This document shows positions 25,401-38,400 of a DNA stretch of 64,000 bases, piece after piece. Every line of letters starts with the position of its first letter. Position 1 is the first letter of the stretch. The notes below the pieces were generated by a model, which saw nothing but the letters and a program-made list of their open reading frames with translations, ran no database searches and was not told where the DNA came from. The stretch lies in NCBI RefSeq assembly GCF_009914755.1, contig NC_060935.1. One strand, given 5' to 3'. Both the position numbers and the translations under genes were made by a program. Source of the stretch: the human T2T-CHM13v2.0 reference genome, Homo sapiens.

Positions 25401-27829
25401 TATTATTATTATTTTCAAACAACCTTTCTTCCCTTTAATCATTTATTTAATTCTGAGCAAAAGCTCTGGCGTAAGCTCTCTGTTCTTTCTCTTCACTCCG
25501 TTTCTTGGCTTTACCTCTCATTTTTACACGTACACCCACATCCCCCACTGCCCAGACCTCTCATGAGAGCTCCATTATTAGGTTAATTTTTGAGTCCAAA
25601 ATGTCATTTTGTAGATTCCTTGTGGTAATCCATGTGTCCACAATGGAACACAACATTCCCTGTCAAACATCAGCTTCTACTGCCTGGCTATCCTATCTGT
25701 TAGTTGGTCTATCAGACTACAAACTATGAAATCATTCTTAACTCTTTTTTTTTTTTATGTATTACTTAGCCCTAGACAAAATATGGTACCAAACACCATG
25801 ATTTCTTTGTAGAAGTGGCTTTATGATTAACTCTTTCTTTGCTTTCTGTTGTCTGTGACCTATTTAAAGTTCTTGTCATTTCACAATTGGATTTTTTTCA
25901 GTAGCTTCTCAATGGATCTCTCTCACACAACATTTTTGCCTCCAGTCACCCTTATGAACCATTGCCAAAAAAATATTTTTAAATATTATTTTCATTCTAT
26001 AACTTTCATGCTTGAGATATAAACTGTCTGCATTGCCTAGTGTATTACTAGGTTGCAACTCTGTCTGACTTGGGGACTTCTCTTTATTTTAGTGCTTTCT
26101 CCCATTGTTCACACATATGGGCCCTATGACTCAGAAAAATCTAATGACAACCAAAAACATAATTTATATCCTATCTGTCACTCCACTCCCTATAAAGCTC
26201 TGTCCCATATCTAGAATATCCTCTCATATAGTGAAGTATTTCTTCCTTTCTACCCTTTCTTTGTGGCCTAAAGTTCTAACCTCTCCCTAGAATTATTTCT
26301 TCCCTTATATTTTTTCTTACTTCTATTAGAAAGACAGGATGCTATCACTGTAAGTTATGGAAATTAAAATCAAGCAAAAAGAATCTACTGGTTTATGTAA
26401 TTGTGAAAAAACAGGGATATAGTAGGGGCCACTAAAAAAATATAACCAGGGATTTTATACTGACAGATTCACCTCCTTACACCTATTAATTTCCCCTCTT
26501 TTTTGTAGAGGCATTCTTCTCTCTTTTCATTTCTTCATGAAGTTGGAACCATGGCTAATGACTGCGGTTGGCTCATATTTTTGAAGAGAATAAAAATATT
26601 TTTCAAGGAATAAAGTGATTCTCTATTAGCTTGAGTTTGAAAAACGTAAGCAAAAGGCCCGATGAGCAGTTTAGGTAACATCTCAGTCCTTTAAGCCAAT
26701 AATTGAGGTTAGGGGGTTGAAGAGTTATAAATCTAAAATAAAATTGTACTTATACTTTATTAATATAAATTATTATAACACTTTTAAAAATTTATGCCTT
26801 ACAATTTATTAAGTAAAGTGGATCATGTGCACACATCAAATAAACAGAGAAACAGGGATCTATTTCCAGGAAAAGGGATTATGAACAGTCATTGCACTGC
26901 TGGAGTTCTTGGAAACTGGACAGGTACCATTTTTGTGTCAATAATAACGAGTTTTTAATTAAACTTAAAGCACATCCATGATTATTTCCTTTTTCCATAG
27001 CTACCTACACAATTTCATGAGCGCATGACCCAGTGTAATCCTGAGTCCTTGAAATGTTTCTAAAACTGATTCATCCTTTCAGTGAAATAGGAATAGATAG
27101 GACTTCCATTTCCAGGATTTTTCTCAGCCAGAAGTGTCCCCTGGAGGCTTGGGCAGAATTACAGCTATCTTGAGATTAAAGGAAAAAAAGGAGCCACATT
27201 GGCTGCTTCCATCTGCTTCAGAGCAAAACTTGCTATTCCTATGTGTTAGGTAATCCCAAATGGTTTTTACATTTTAGTATCCCAAAGGTATGATTAAAGG
27301 ATTCGTGCGGAAGGAAAACAGCAGACATTAGTGCAGCAGAGTTGAAAAAAGCCAATACTTTGGTACTATCCTGGGATTTCATCAGCAGCAAAATGAGGAC
27401 AGGAGAATTAGACCATAAGTGATTTTATTAAAACACTAGGGGAATCCAATCAAGGTACTTTAGCCATTAAGATCCCTGATTACAGGGGTTATATCTGTTC
27501 TAATTTGCTTCGTGAGGTGCCTACGTAAGCAATAGAACAAGGACCATGTTTTTAAGAAGTACTAAGGTGTTGTTACTTTGGAAAAACTACTGAATACTCA
27601 GTGCATATCTAATGAGCAGTTTTCGTTTTAAATTTCTAGGAAGAATGCTTGGCAATAGTTGAATTAACATTTGCCAGGTATCTAACTGAGAATATAAGTT
27701 AGGAGCCATAGGTGTTAGTGAACCATGAAGAATAGATGGTTTTCATTCAGGAGTGTGTCATAGTTGTGACAAACACCAATCACAAAGAAGTTAGTAGCAA
27801 AATAAGAACTCATAAAAATGTGTGTAATT

Positions 27830-28330
27830 AATATTAAAAATACTACTCTAGCCTTATTTATATGTCAGGCTCTGATATAAGCACTTTCCATGCAAAATAG
27901 CATTTAATCCTCATAACCACCTTATGAAAATGTTATAGATGAGAAAACAAAGGCTTAGAGAGATTAGGTAACTTGCTCCAACATCCAAACTACAGATGTC
28001 AGAGCTAGGATTTGAAATCAGCTTTGATTAATTCAAGTGAAGTTCAAATTTCATCTAATTTCAGAGCCATTCTCATAAGAGTTCTTTATGATTGCCTACT
28101 GAGGAGAAGAAGAAATTATGAGACAGCTAAGACAGAAACTAAATTTTGTTGAGTGTTTATCCTGTGCCAGACTTTGGTCTGGTGATTGGCCTACTGTATC
28201 TGATATGATTAAAGAAACTGAAGCTCAGTGACATTTAAATAACTTGTCTAAGGTCATGTATCTAGGAAATTGTGGATACAGGAATCAAACTCAGTCTGTA
28301 TATGGCAAAGGCCAATGCCCTTTCCAAGTA
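27830..28330. mobile_element. Two MIR fragments
   Basis: catttaatcctcataaccaccttatg...agatgagaaaacaaaggcttagagag; gaaactgaagctcagtgacatttaaataacttgtctaaggtca. Confidence 0.65.
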
Positions 28331-28422
28331 TCATGATCTCTATGACAATACAATTAATTTCATCTAGCCTAAGGATTTGGGTACTTTTTGTGACTGCAAG
28401 TGTTGGTCAGCTGCAGAGGACT

Positions 28423-28805
28423 ATATTAGTTAGCTTGAGATACTATAACAACAAACCCACAGACTCAGTGGTTCATAAACAACAGAAATGTATTTCCTTA
28501 TAGTTTTAGAGGCTAGAAGTCCAAGATCAAGGTGTTAATAGGCTGTGTTCCTTCTGAGGATCTGTCTCCTTGGCTTGTAGATGCCATCTTCTCCTTGCAT
28601 CTTCACATGATAATGTGCATGTCTATTCCTTAATCTCTTCTTATAAGGACCCCATTCAGCTAGATTAGGGACCACACATACGATTTTTTTTTGCCTTAGT
28701 TTCCTTCTTAAAGACCCTGTATACAAACACAGTCACATTCTGAGGTACTTGGGGTTAGGATTGCAACATAGGAATTTGCTATGCGACACAGTTTTGCCTA
28801 TAACA
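28423..28805 (-). mobile_element. MLT1B-like solo LTR
   Basis: agaagtccaagatcaaggtgtt...cacattctgaggtacttggggttaggattgcaacata. Confidence 0.8.
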
Positions 28806-29036
28806 AAAGCCAGCAGTGCTCTGACATGACACTAAGAAGTTAATATAAACTTCTTATGAAAAAAGACACAACAAAACATCCTAAAACTGAACAGCCCATG
28901 TATTATATAGTCTTTGCTTTCATCACTTTCTTTCAAGTTACTGTCATTTCTCATCTGGACTCCTTACTACATTAGCCTCTAAACTAAGCTTCTTGCATTT
29001 TCTCATATTCAACCCCAAATGAAGTAACATTTTGCC

Positions 29037-29603
29037 AGTAATTTGTAGATTCATTGCTATTCCCATCAAGCTACCATTGACTTTATTCATAGAATTAGAA
29101 AAAAAACTACTTTAAATTTCATATGGAACCAAAAAAGAGCCCGTAGACCCAAGACAATCCTAAGCAAAAAGAACAACGCTGGAGGCATCACACTACCTGA
29201 CTTCAAGCTGTACGACAAGGCTACAGTAACCAAAACAGCATGGTACTCATATCAAAACAGATATATAGACCAGTGGAACAGAACAGAGGCCTCAGAAATA
29301 ACACCACAAATCTACAACCACCTGATCTTTGACAAACCTGACAAAAACAAGCAATGGGGAAAGGATTCCCTATTTAATAAATGGTGTTGGGAAAACTGGC
29401 TGGCCTTATGCAGAAAACTAAAACTGGATCCTTTCCTTACACCTTTTACAAAAATTAATTCATGATGGATTAAAGACTTAAACTAATACCTAAAACCATA
29501 AAAACTCTAGAAGAAAACCTAGGCAATACCATTCAGGACATATACATGGGCAAAGACTTCATGACTAAAGCACCAACAGCAATGGCAACAAAAGCCAAGA
29601 TTG
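29037..29603 (+). mobile_element. Internal L1PA ORF2 fragment without poly(A) or TSD; inverted copy of 30774-31192
   Basis: L1 ORF2 sequence; shares private variants with the neighbouring L1. Confidence 0.88.
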
Positions 29604-29747
29604 TATAGCATAATTCCAAAGATCATTATTTACTTTGTATTCCAGGGGAATGTCAAACTCTACCAAATTACATTAAAAAGTGGCTTTGCATATTGTCAAT
29701 GCTTCATTTCATGGTAAACATCCAAAATCAGGCCTTTGTTCATTTTA

Positions 29748-31931
29748 TGTGCTTTTATTTTTATGTATTTATTTTTTATTATACTCTAAATTCTGGGATA
29801 CATGTGCAGAATGTGCAGGTTTGTTACATAGGTATACACATGCCATGGTAGTCTGCTGCAACCATCAACCTGTCATCTATATTAGGTATTTCTCCTAATG
29901 CTATCCATCCCTAGACCCCAATCCCCTGACAGGCCCCAGTGTGTGGTGTTCCCCTCCCTGTGTCTATGTGTTCTCATTGTTCAACTCCCATTTATGAGTG
30001 AGAACATGCAGTGTTTGGTTTTCTGTTCCTATGTTAGTTTGCTGAAAATGATGGTTTCCAGCTTCATCCATGTCCCTGCAAAGGACATGAACTCATCCTT
30101 TTTTATGGCTGCATAGTATTCCATGGTGTATAAGTGCCACATTTTCTTTATCCAGTCTATCACTGATGGACATTTGGATTGGTTCCAAGTCTTTGATATT
30201 GTGAATAGTGCTGCAACATATGTGTGCATGTGTCTCTATAGTAGGATGATTTATAATCCTTTGGGTATATACCCAGTAGTGGGATTGCTGGATTAAATGG
30301 TATTTCTGGTTCTAGATCCTTGAGAAATCACCACACTGTCTTCCACAATGGTTGAACTAATTTACACTTCCATCAACAGTGTAAAAGTGTTCCTATTTCT
30401 CCACATCCTCTCTAGCTTCTGTTGTTTCCTGACTTTTTAATAATCACCATTCTAACTGGCCTGAGATGTATCTCATTGTGGTTTTGATTTGCATTACCCT
30501 AACGACCAGTGATTACGAGCTTTTTTCATATGTTTGTTGGCTGCATACAAGTCTTCTTTTGTGAAATGTCTGTTCATATCCTTCACCCACTTTTTCATGG
30601 GGTTTTTTTTTTTTTGTAAATTTGTTTAAGTTCCCTGTAGATTCTGGATATTAGCCCTTTGTCAGATGGATAAATTGCAAAACTTTTCTCCCATTCTGTA
30701 TGTTGCCTTTTCACTCTGATGCTAATTTCTTTTGCTGTGCAGAAGCTCTTTAGTTTGATTAGATCCCATTTGTCAATTTTGGCTTTGGTTGCCATTGCTT
30801 TTGGTGTTTTAGTCATGAAGTCTTTGCCCATGCGTATGTCCTGAATGATATTGCCTAGGCTTTCTTCTAGAGTTTTTATGGTTTTAGGTATTAGTTTAAG
30901 TCTTTAATCCATCTTGAATTAATTTTTGTAAAATGTGTAAGGAAGGGATCCAGTTTTAGTTTTCTGCCTAAGGCTAGCCAGTTTTCCCAACACCATTTAT
31001 TAAATAGGGAATCCTTTCCCCATTGCTTGTTTTTGTCAGGTTTGTCAAAGATCAGGTGGTTGTAGATTTGTGGTGTTATTTCTGAGGCCTCTGTTCTGTT
31101 CCATTGGTCTATATATATTTGTTTTGATATGAGTACTATGCTGTTTTGGTTACTGTAGCTTGATGGGGATAGCATTGAATCTACAAATTACTTTGGGCAG
31201 TATGGCCATTTTCACAGTATTGATTCTTCTTATTCATGAGCATGGAATGTTTTTCTATTTGTGTCCTCTCTTTATTTTTTTGAGCAGTGGTGTGTAGTTC
31301 TCCTTGAAGAGTTCCTTCACATCCCTTGTAAGCCTGGTTCAACATATGCAAATCAATAAATGTAATCCATCACATAAATAGAACCAATGACAAAAACCAC
31401 ATGACTATCTCAATAGATGCAGAAAAGGCCTTCGATAAAATTCACCACCCCTTTACGCTAAAAAATCTCAATGAACTAGGTATTGATGGAACGTATCTCA
31501 AAATAATGAGAGCTATTTATGACAAACCCACAGCCAATATCATACTGAGTGGTCAAAAACTGGCAGCATTCCCTTTGAAGTCCTGCACAAGACAAGGATG
31601 CCCTCTCTCACCATATTTAACATAGTATTGGAAGTTCTGGCCAGGGAAATCAGCCAAGAGAAAGAAAGAAAGGGCATTCACATAAGAAGAAAGGAAGTCA
31701 AATTGTCTCTTTGCAGTTGACATGATTGTGTATTTAATAAACCCTATCATCTCAGCCTGAAATCTCCTTATGCTAATAAGCAACTTCAGCAAAGTCTCAA
31801 GATACAAAATCAATGTGCAAAAATCACAAGCATTCCTACACAACGATAATAGACAAATAGAGAGCCCAATCATGAGTGAACTCCCATTCACAATTGCTAC
31901 AAAGGGAATAAAATACTTAAGAATACAACTT
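29748..31931 (-). mobile_element. 5'-inverted (twin-primed) L1PA (~PA6-8) with TSD
   Basis: 3' part on minus (29748-31332) and inverted part on plus (31333-31931); the breakpoints join as ...caactt|acaaggg in L1 coordinates; TSD ctttgttcatttta at 29734-29747 and 31929-31942. Confidence 0.9.
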
Positions 31932-32480
31932 TGTTCATTTTAAACTCTGTCATTATAATACTCTATTGTATCCTTCTGGAGCACCACTGTACTCTCTTAT
32001 CCTATTATTGCCAGTGTAGTCTTACTTGCAGTTTAATTCATGTTACCTGCCTTCGGAAACCTCTTCTATTGCACCTCTTTATGTATCAAGTTTGGGCCTC
32101 CCCCTTGTAATCTTAGCCTACTTGCCCTCCCATCGTATAGCCTCAACCGTAGGCAGACTGGATCTTGACCACATACTACCCACTTTAACCTGCCTATGCT
32201 CTGTTTACTCCATCTAGAATGCCAAAGTCAACTCCTTCTGCAGGGTCAAATTTAAATTATACTTTATGAACAGATCTTTTCCTAGTACAGCAAAACAAAA
32301 GTAACAATATTTTCCATTCTACATCATTAAACGTTCACCTTTATTGTACTGGATCTTTATAAAAAGAGAGTCTCTATTATAGCCAGTTAAGTCAGTGGTC
32401 CCTTCAAAGTCATGGAGTAACTGAAAATATGATAGAGATCATTGACTAGAAGAATTTTAGGATATTTTATTGGCATAGTC

Positions 32481-32720
32481 CAGTGTTGTGCTGGAACCAG
32501 TTCATCTAGGCAATTGTAAGAGAATTGTTAAATTTTTAAGTGTCTGTTGTTAAACACAGCCATTATTAAAAATTAAATTCTATAAACAATAATTAAGCTA
32601 TAAAAAATTAAAGTTAAATATCAGACAATTCTAATTAAACATAATTCCTTTTAAAGTATTTTACAGTTTTCTATGCTCTTTAGGCTATTTTCAGCTCTAC
32701 TGTCTATGTGGTCAACATAA
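32481..32720 (+). mobile_element. MER63-like hAT (Blackjack) DNA transposon fragment
   Basis: cagtgttgtgctggaaccag...gttgttaaacacagccattattaaaaattaaat. Confidence 0.7.
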
Positions 32721-32728
32721 TATATATG

Positions 32729-33682
32729 AGTGTGTTGTTCCCCTCCGTGTGTTCATGTGTTCTCATCATTCAGCTCCCACTTATAAGTGAGAACATGTGG
32801 TGTTTGGTTTTCTGTTTCCCAATTCATTTGCTAAGGATAATGACTTCCAGCTCAGTCCATGTCCCTGCAAAGGACATGATCTCATTCATTTTTTATAGCT
32901 GCATAATATTCCATGGTGTATATGTACCATTTTTTTTTAATCTGGTCTATCGTTGATGGACATTTGGGTTGATTCCATGTCTTTACTATTGTGGATAGTG
33001 CTGCAATGAACATACACATGCTTGTATATTTATAATAGAATGATTTATATTCCTTTGGGTATATACTCAGTAATGGGATTGCTGGGTCAAATGACATTTC
33101 TGACTCTAGACCTTTGAGGAATTGCCATACCATCTTCCACAATGGTTGAAATAATTTACATTCCCACCAACAGTGTAAATGTGTTCCCATTTCTCCACAA
33201 CCTCGCCAGCATCTGTTATTTCTTTACTTTTTAAAAATCACCATCTGACTGGCATGAATTGGTGTCTCATTGTGGTTTTGATTTGCATTTCTCTAATGAT
33301 CGTGATGTTGAGCTTTTTTTCATATATTTGTTGGCTGCATAAATATTTTCTTTTGAGAAGTGTTTGTTCATGGCCCTTGCCCACTTTTTAATAGGGTTGT
33401 TTTCTTCTTGTAAATTTATTTAAGTTTCAGGTAGACTCTGGATATTAGACCATTGTCAGATGGATAGATTGTAAACATTTTTCCCTATTCTGTAGATGGT
33501 CTGTTTGCTCTGATGATAATTAGGAAGAGCATCAGGAAAAATAGCTAATGCATGCTGGGCTTAATACCTAGGTGATAAGTTGATAGGTGCAGCAAATACC
33601 CATGGCACAGATTTACCTATGTAACAAACCTGCACATCCTGCACATGTGTCCCAGAACTTAAAAAAAAATGAAAAAATAAAA
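32729..33682 (+). mobile_element. Second 5'-inverted L1PA (~PA11-15)
   Basis: Antisense block 32729-33521, then sense 3' end 33522-33660 (gagcatcaggaaaaatagctaatgcatgctgggcttaatacctagg) and A-tail; no clear TSD. Confidence 0.8.
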
Positions 33683-34543
33683 TCTTCCCTATAGATACAA
33701 TATCAATACTACACAGTCGTTGTCACACTAGTCACCATATAGTAAAAAGACAAACATTAAATTTTATAATCAGAGTAATGCAACTAGTGTCACCATAGAA
33801 ATATGCAGTGGATATATCTATTGACATTTATTCTATTTGAATTTAAAACTGAGAATTTTTAAGTGTTTGTTATTCATTTACTCTGCATGTTAACATAAAC
33901 AATGTTTTTATGAAAATGCCTATATTTCCCCAAAAAACAATAAAGTTTACTAAGTGAAATAAACTAGTCACAAAAAGAAAAAAATATATATAACAAAACA
34001 ATGTAGGGAGCAGGTCTAAAAATCTACTCTCTAAGGTTTCTTAGAATACATATAATTTTGTAATTGAGGAGACAAATTTACATAAAAAAGGTAAGCCATT
34101 TCCCAAAAACCATGTAAGTGATAAATCAAACAAATACATTTTCAATCACTGCCTCCTCACTCTGTCGAGGGCATTTGTGACTAAGCTGTGCTGTCCTTGA
34201 TACTATATCTTATCTTAGCCCAGCTTAGTGCTTTTATATCACAATGAATGCAGAGTAGCTTCAATAACAGAAGCTGCTATACACAATGATTCATAGTGGA
34301 TGCTCAGTAATTTACTTATGAAAAATTGCTGTTCATTTCCTAAAATGTATTTATTCAACAAATATTTAGGTTGCCTAGGCTCTAGAGATAAAGGGTGTAA
34401 TTAACCCCTTTGTTTAACTATCTCACAGTCTTTTATGGAGTAAGACAAATACGTAATTACAATAAAACATAAACAATATCCTATGACATTGGAGGGGAGT
34501 TGAGCAATGAGAGTACAGTGGAAGATATCTGTTTAGAACAGTG

Positions 34544-34875
<332 letters not shown>

Positions 34876-35187
34876 CTTAACTTAGATAATTCTGTCACTT
34901 TCAGCTGACTCTTGAAGGATGGGTAGGAATTAGCTAAATAGAAGGGTATTCCAGGAATAAGAGAGATTGTGTGAAATTTAGGGATGTAAAAAAGCCTAGT
35001 GTATTTGATCTACGTATCCTTTGTTATGGCTGGAGCATGTGCTGTGCCTCAGGAAAAGGCAGGCAGTGAGACTGGAGAGAAGAGTCAAGCAGCAGATCAT
35101 GAAAAGTTTGGATGCCATTAAATATCCTAAGAAGTTTGAATTCTACCCTGAAATGTATAGGATCTAAATTTCTTTGCATGCCTTAAG

Positions 35188-35438
35188 TGATACTGTCTAA
35201 TAGAAATGTAATGCTAGCTATATTTGTAATTTTAAGAAAGAGTAAAAATAAATGATATTAAATTTAATAATGCATTTTATTTAACCCAATATATCCAAAC
35301 TTCTATCATTTTAACATGTAATCCACATATTAAAGGGATATTTTGCATTCTTTCTTTTGTATTAAATCTTTGAAATGTATTTTGTGTTTTACACTGAACA
35401 TCTCAATGTGGCAAGTGGCTATTAAACTGGACAGCACA
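35188..35438. mobile_element. MER3/MER33-like hAT-Charlie element
   Basis: ctgtctaatagaaatgtaatgc ... atgtggcaagtggctattaaactggacagcac terminal motifs. Confidence 0.7.
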
Positions 35439-38400
35439 AGTCTAAATTATAGAGGAAAGTCACCAAGGCTCTAATGCCTGAACACAGCATAGTTACCCAC
35501 TCTTAAATGAGGCTCAAAATTTGGCAACAATGACAGCACAGCCATTACACTACATTTTAATTCTTTCTTCTCATTTCTGCATCCAAAGTGAGTTCCTCCT
35601 CTTAGTACTGTGTTTAGACACCAAGTCCTTCCAAAGGGAATCTGGCTACAACAGAACCCAGACAGCACAGATCCAAACTGGAGAAGGTGGTGGCAGGCCA
35701 GGGAGCTGCTGTCAAAGAAGCGACTTTTTTTCAGCAAAAGCTGTCAAGCATGAAGAGTTTTGGCTACGCTGTAGAGGATTTTCTGCCTTCAGCTGGTGAT
35801 GGGAGAATTTCTGCATTGTCATTAGATCCAGTTAGAATCAAGGATCATTGGTGACTAGTGAGCTAAAACAGGCAAAATAAATAACTCACCAATCCACCCG
35901 ACCCATTGACACACAGCTCCATATAGAGTTTTCTCCTTTCTGTGGAAACGGAATTACTTTTAATGAGACATGCACCGAAGGCTTCAGCTGTGAATTTGAC
36001 AGCTTACAAAGAAAGCAGAAAGAAGTTGAATTCTGGAAGCTTAGAGTGCGAATCTGGGTCATAGCTTCTGTCTCAAGTTTTTATTTTCCTCTAGGAAGAA
36101 TAGCCAGAGGAAAAAAATGAGGAAGACTCCAATATTTTTAAGAAGATTAAAAAAGTGATTTTTTTATTATGCAAATCTCAAACCATTTAAAAAAATAATA
36201 AAAGCTTAGAATATTACAAAAAATTTAACACCAAAATCACTGTTTTTGTCATTTTCTATGGCCCCTCTGAAGTTCCTCCCTCTTCAGCAATGATGTAGTT
36301 AAGTAACTAATACAATATAAAATGGTAAGTCTATTTTCAAGAGCCCCCTCTTATTTTACAGGACTTTGTCCATAGAAAAGCTATGATTAAGCGTTGTGTA
36401 TTTTGTAGAAAGGCTCTGAGATTTAAACACCATCTATCAGCAACATGAGGACTGAATCATTTAGTGCTAAATCACATACATCTATAATCTTTTGGAAATT
36501 AAGCAAAATACTTATATATTAAATAATATGTTTGCTGAGACAAATTCAATTCAGTAGCATTTGGAATTAGTTTCAAATGAAACATTTAGTAGCAGCCTTT
36601 GGAAGAACCACAGGACTAAATTGAACAATTTTTACCCAGTGTCTTAAGAGTAACAATATATGGAAGGCAAAGAGAATGGGCTTTGAAATTTGACAGAATG
36701 AGGGTTGAAATTTCAGCTCTTCTATTTACAAGCTGTCAATTATTTGGCAAATTCTTTCAGCATCAACACCTTCTTAGAAATGTGGGAAATAATAGCAACT
36801 TCATTAGGTTGGTTGGTTTTAATAATAACACATTTGGAGTGAATAGTGCAATAATTTGTTCATATTATTATTAACCTTTTACCAAATAATTTTACAGGAT
36901 CTAGATAAATGTTGAGGATGGTGATGATGATGATTATTTAAAAAATCGTGTATTCAGTGCGTACTCTGTTCCATGCTCTGGGCTAAGTACTTTACCTAAA
37001 ATAACCCCTTCTTAATATGAGCAAACAAAACTTCTTGAATTTCCAGATTCTCTTCTAATCACCACCATACTCTTAGCTCTTGTTCACTGCCAAGTGTCTC
37101 AAAAAAGTTGTATAAATATATTGTCTTCACTTTTTTTACTCCCATTCACACAAGCCTACTCCTATATATCTTCTACTATGTTGCCAGAATTAGTGGATTT
37201 TTTTCACTACACATCTTACTTTAGTTTTCAACAGAGTAAATGTTTTTAAAAAAAGAATGTAAAAACAGTTTCTTTTCCTGATTTCCATAAGAATATATTA
37301 TCTTGGTTTCTCTTCTTCTTCTTCATTGTCTTTGTGAGCTATTCCTTCTCAGTTAATGCACACATATTTGAATTCTTTAGGGTATAACTCAGAGATCTCT
37401 TTCCTTCACTTCCTACACTTTTATCTATTATTGTTGCTATCCATATTCTGAGGACTCCCAAATAGTTCCAACTCAGACTTCTATTCTCTTAGCCAGAATG
37501 TTCTTATTTAATTTCCTACTTGGCATGTCTACTTGGCTATTTCACAGAAATTTAAAAATTTCTTTCCAAATTTGGTTTTCTTTCAATTTTGTTTGTATCA
37601 GCTCATTCAACCCAATTATATGAACTAGAGTTGCTGGAGGAAGTAGATACATGTTGAAAATCAACTTTTGATTCCAGGGCTCAGGAATCTACCAAACCAA
37701 ATATGACACTCAAACTTGTTGTCCTCAACATGTATGGCAGTTAAAACTGTCACATATTCTTCTTTAAATAATCTGATTTCCTGTTTTCTGCCATATCTAA
37801 ATTTATTTGATCAACATGTACCTTTGCTCTTAAGATCAAACTTCTTTCTCTAACTCCATACTTGATAGCCAGAAGAAAAGTTCACCAACTCAGCATACCA
37901 CTCAGCAAACCACTTGGCATATACTTTTATGGCAATATTCAGTAGCCCTGGTTGGTATTCCTTTAAATAATGTTTTATACATATAGTTTAAAACCCATGA
38001 GTGGGGCTATGCATAGTTATAAACTTATAACTTCTCTATATTTATTACATAATTATACTAGCAATTTGTGTTCTGCTTAATTTACTGTTGAAGAGCTCAT
38101 CAAATGTTACTACATAATCCATTCCTAGAGTAATAACTAAAGCAAATTTTCTAAATGAGATCCTTCTGGTACTTCCAATAATAAACACCTTGGATGAGAT
38201 TCAATAATGCCGTGCCTTATGCTTAATGCTGTGGTATATGGGTCGTGTTATAGAAAGACTCCAGGGCAGGATGAGAAATAATTGGGCCATTGTTCAAAAC
38301 TTGGAAAACTGTTTGTTAGCAAAGTTTTCATATCCATGACATTTATAGTTCAGGTACCTTGATGAAGGTGCATGATAATGATAACTTTTTCTTCCAGTCC

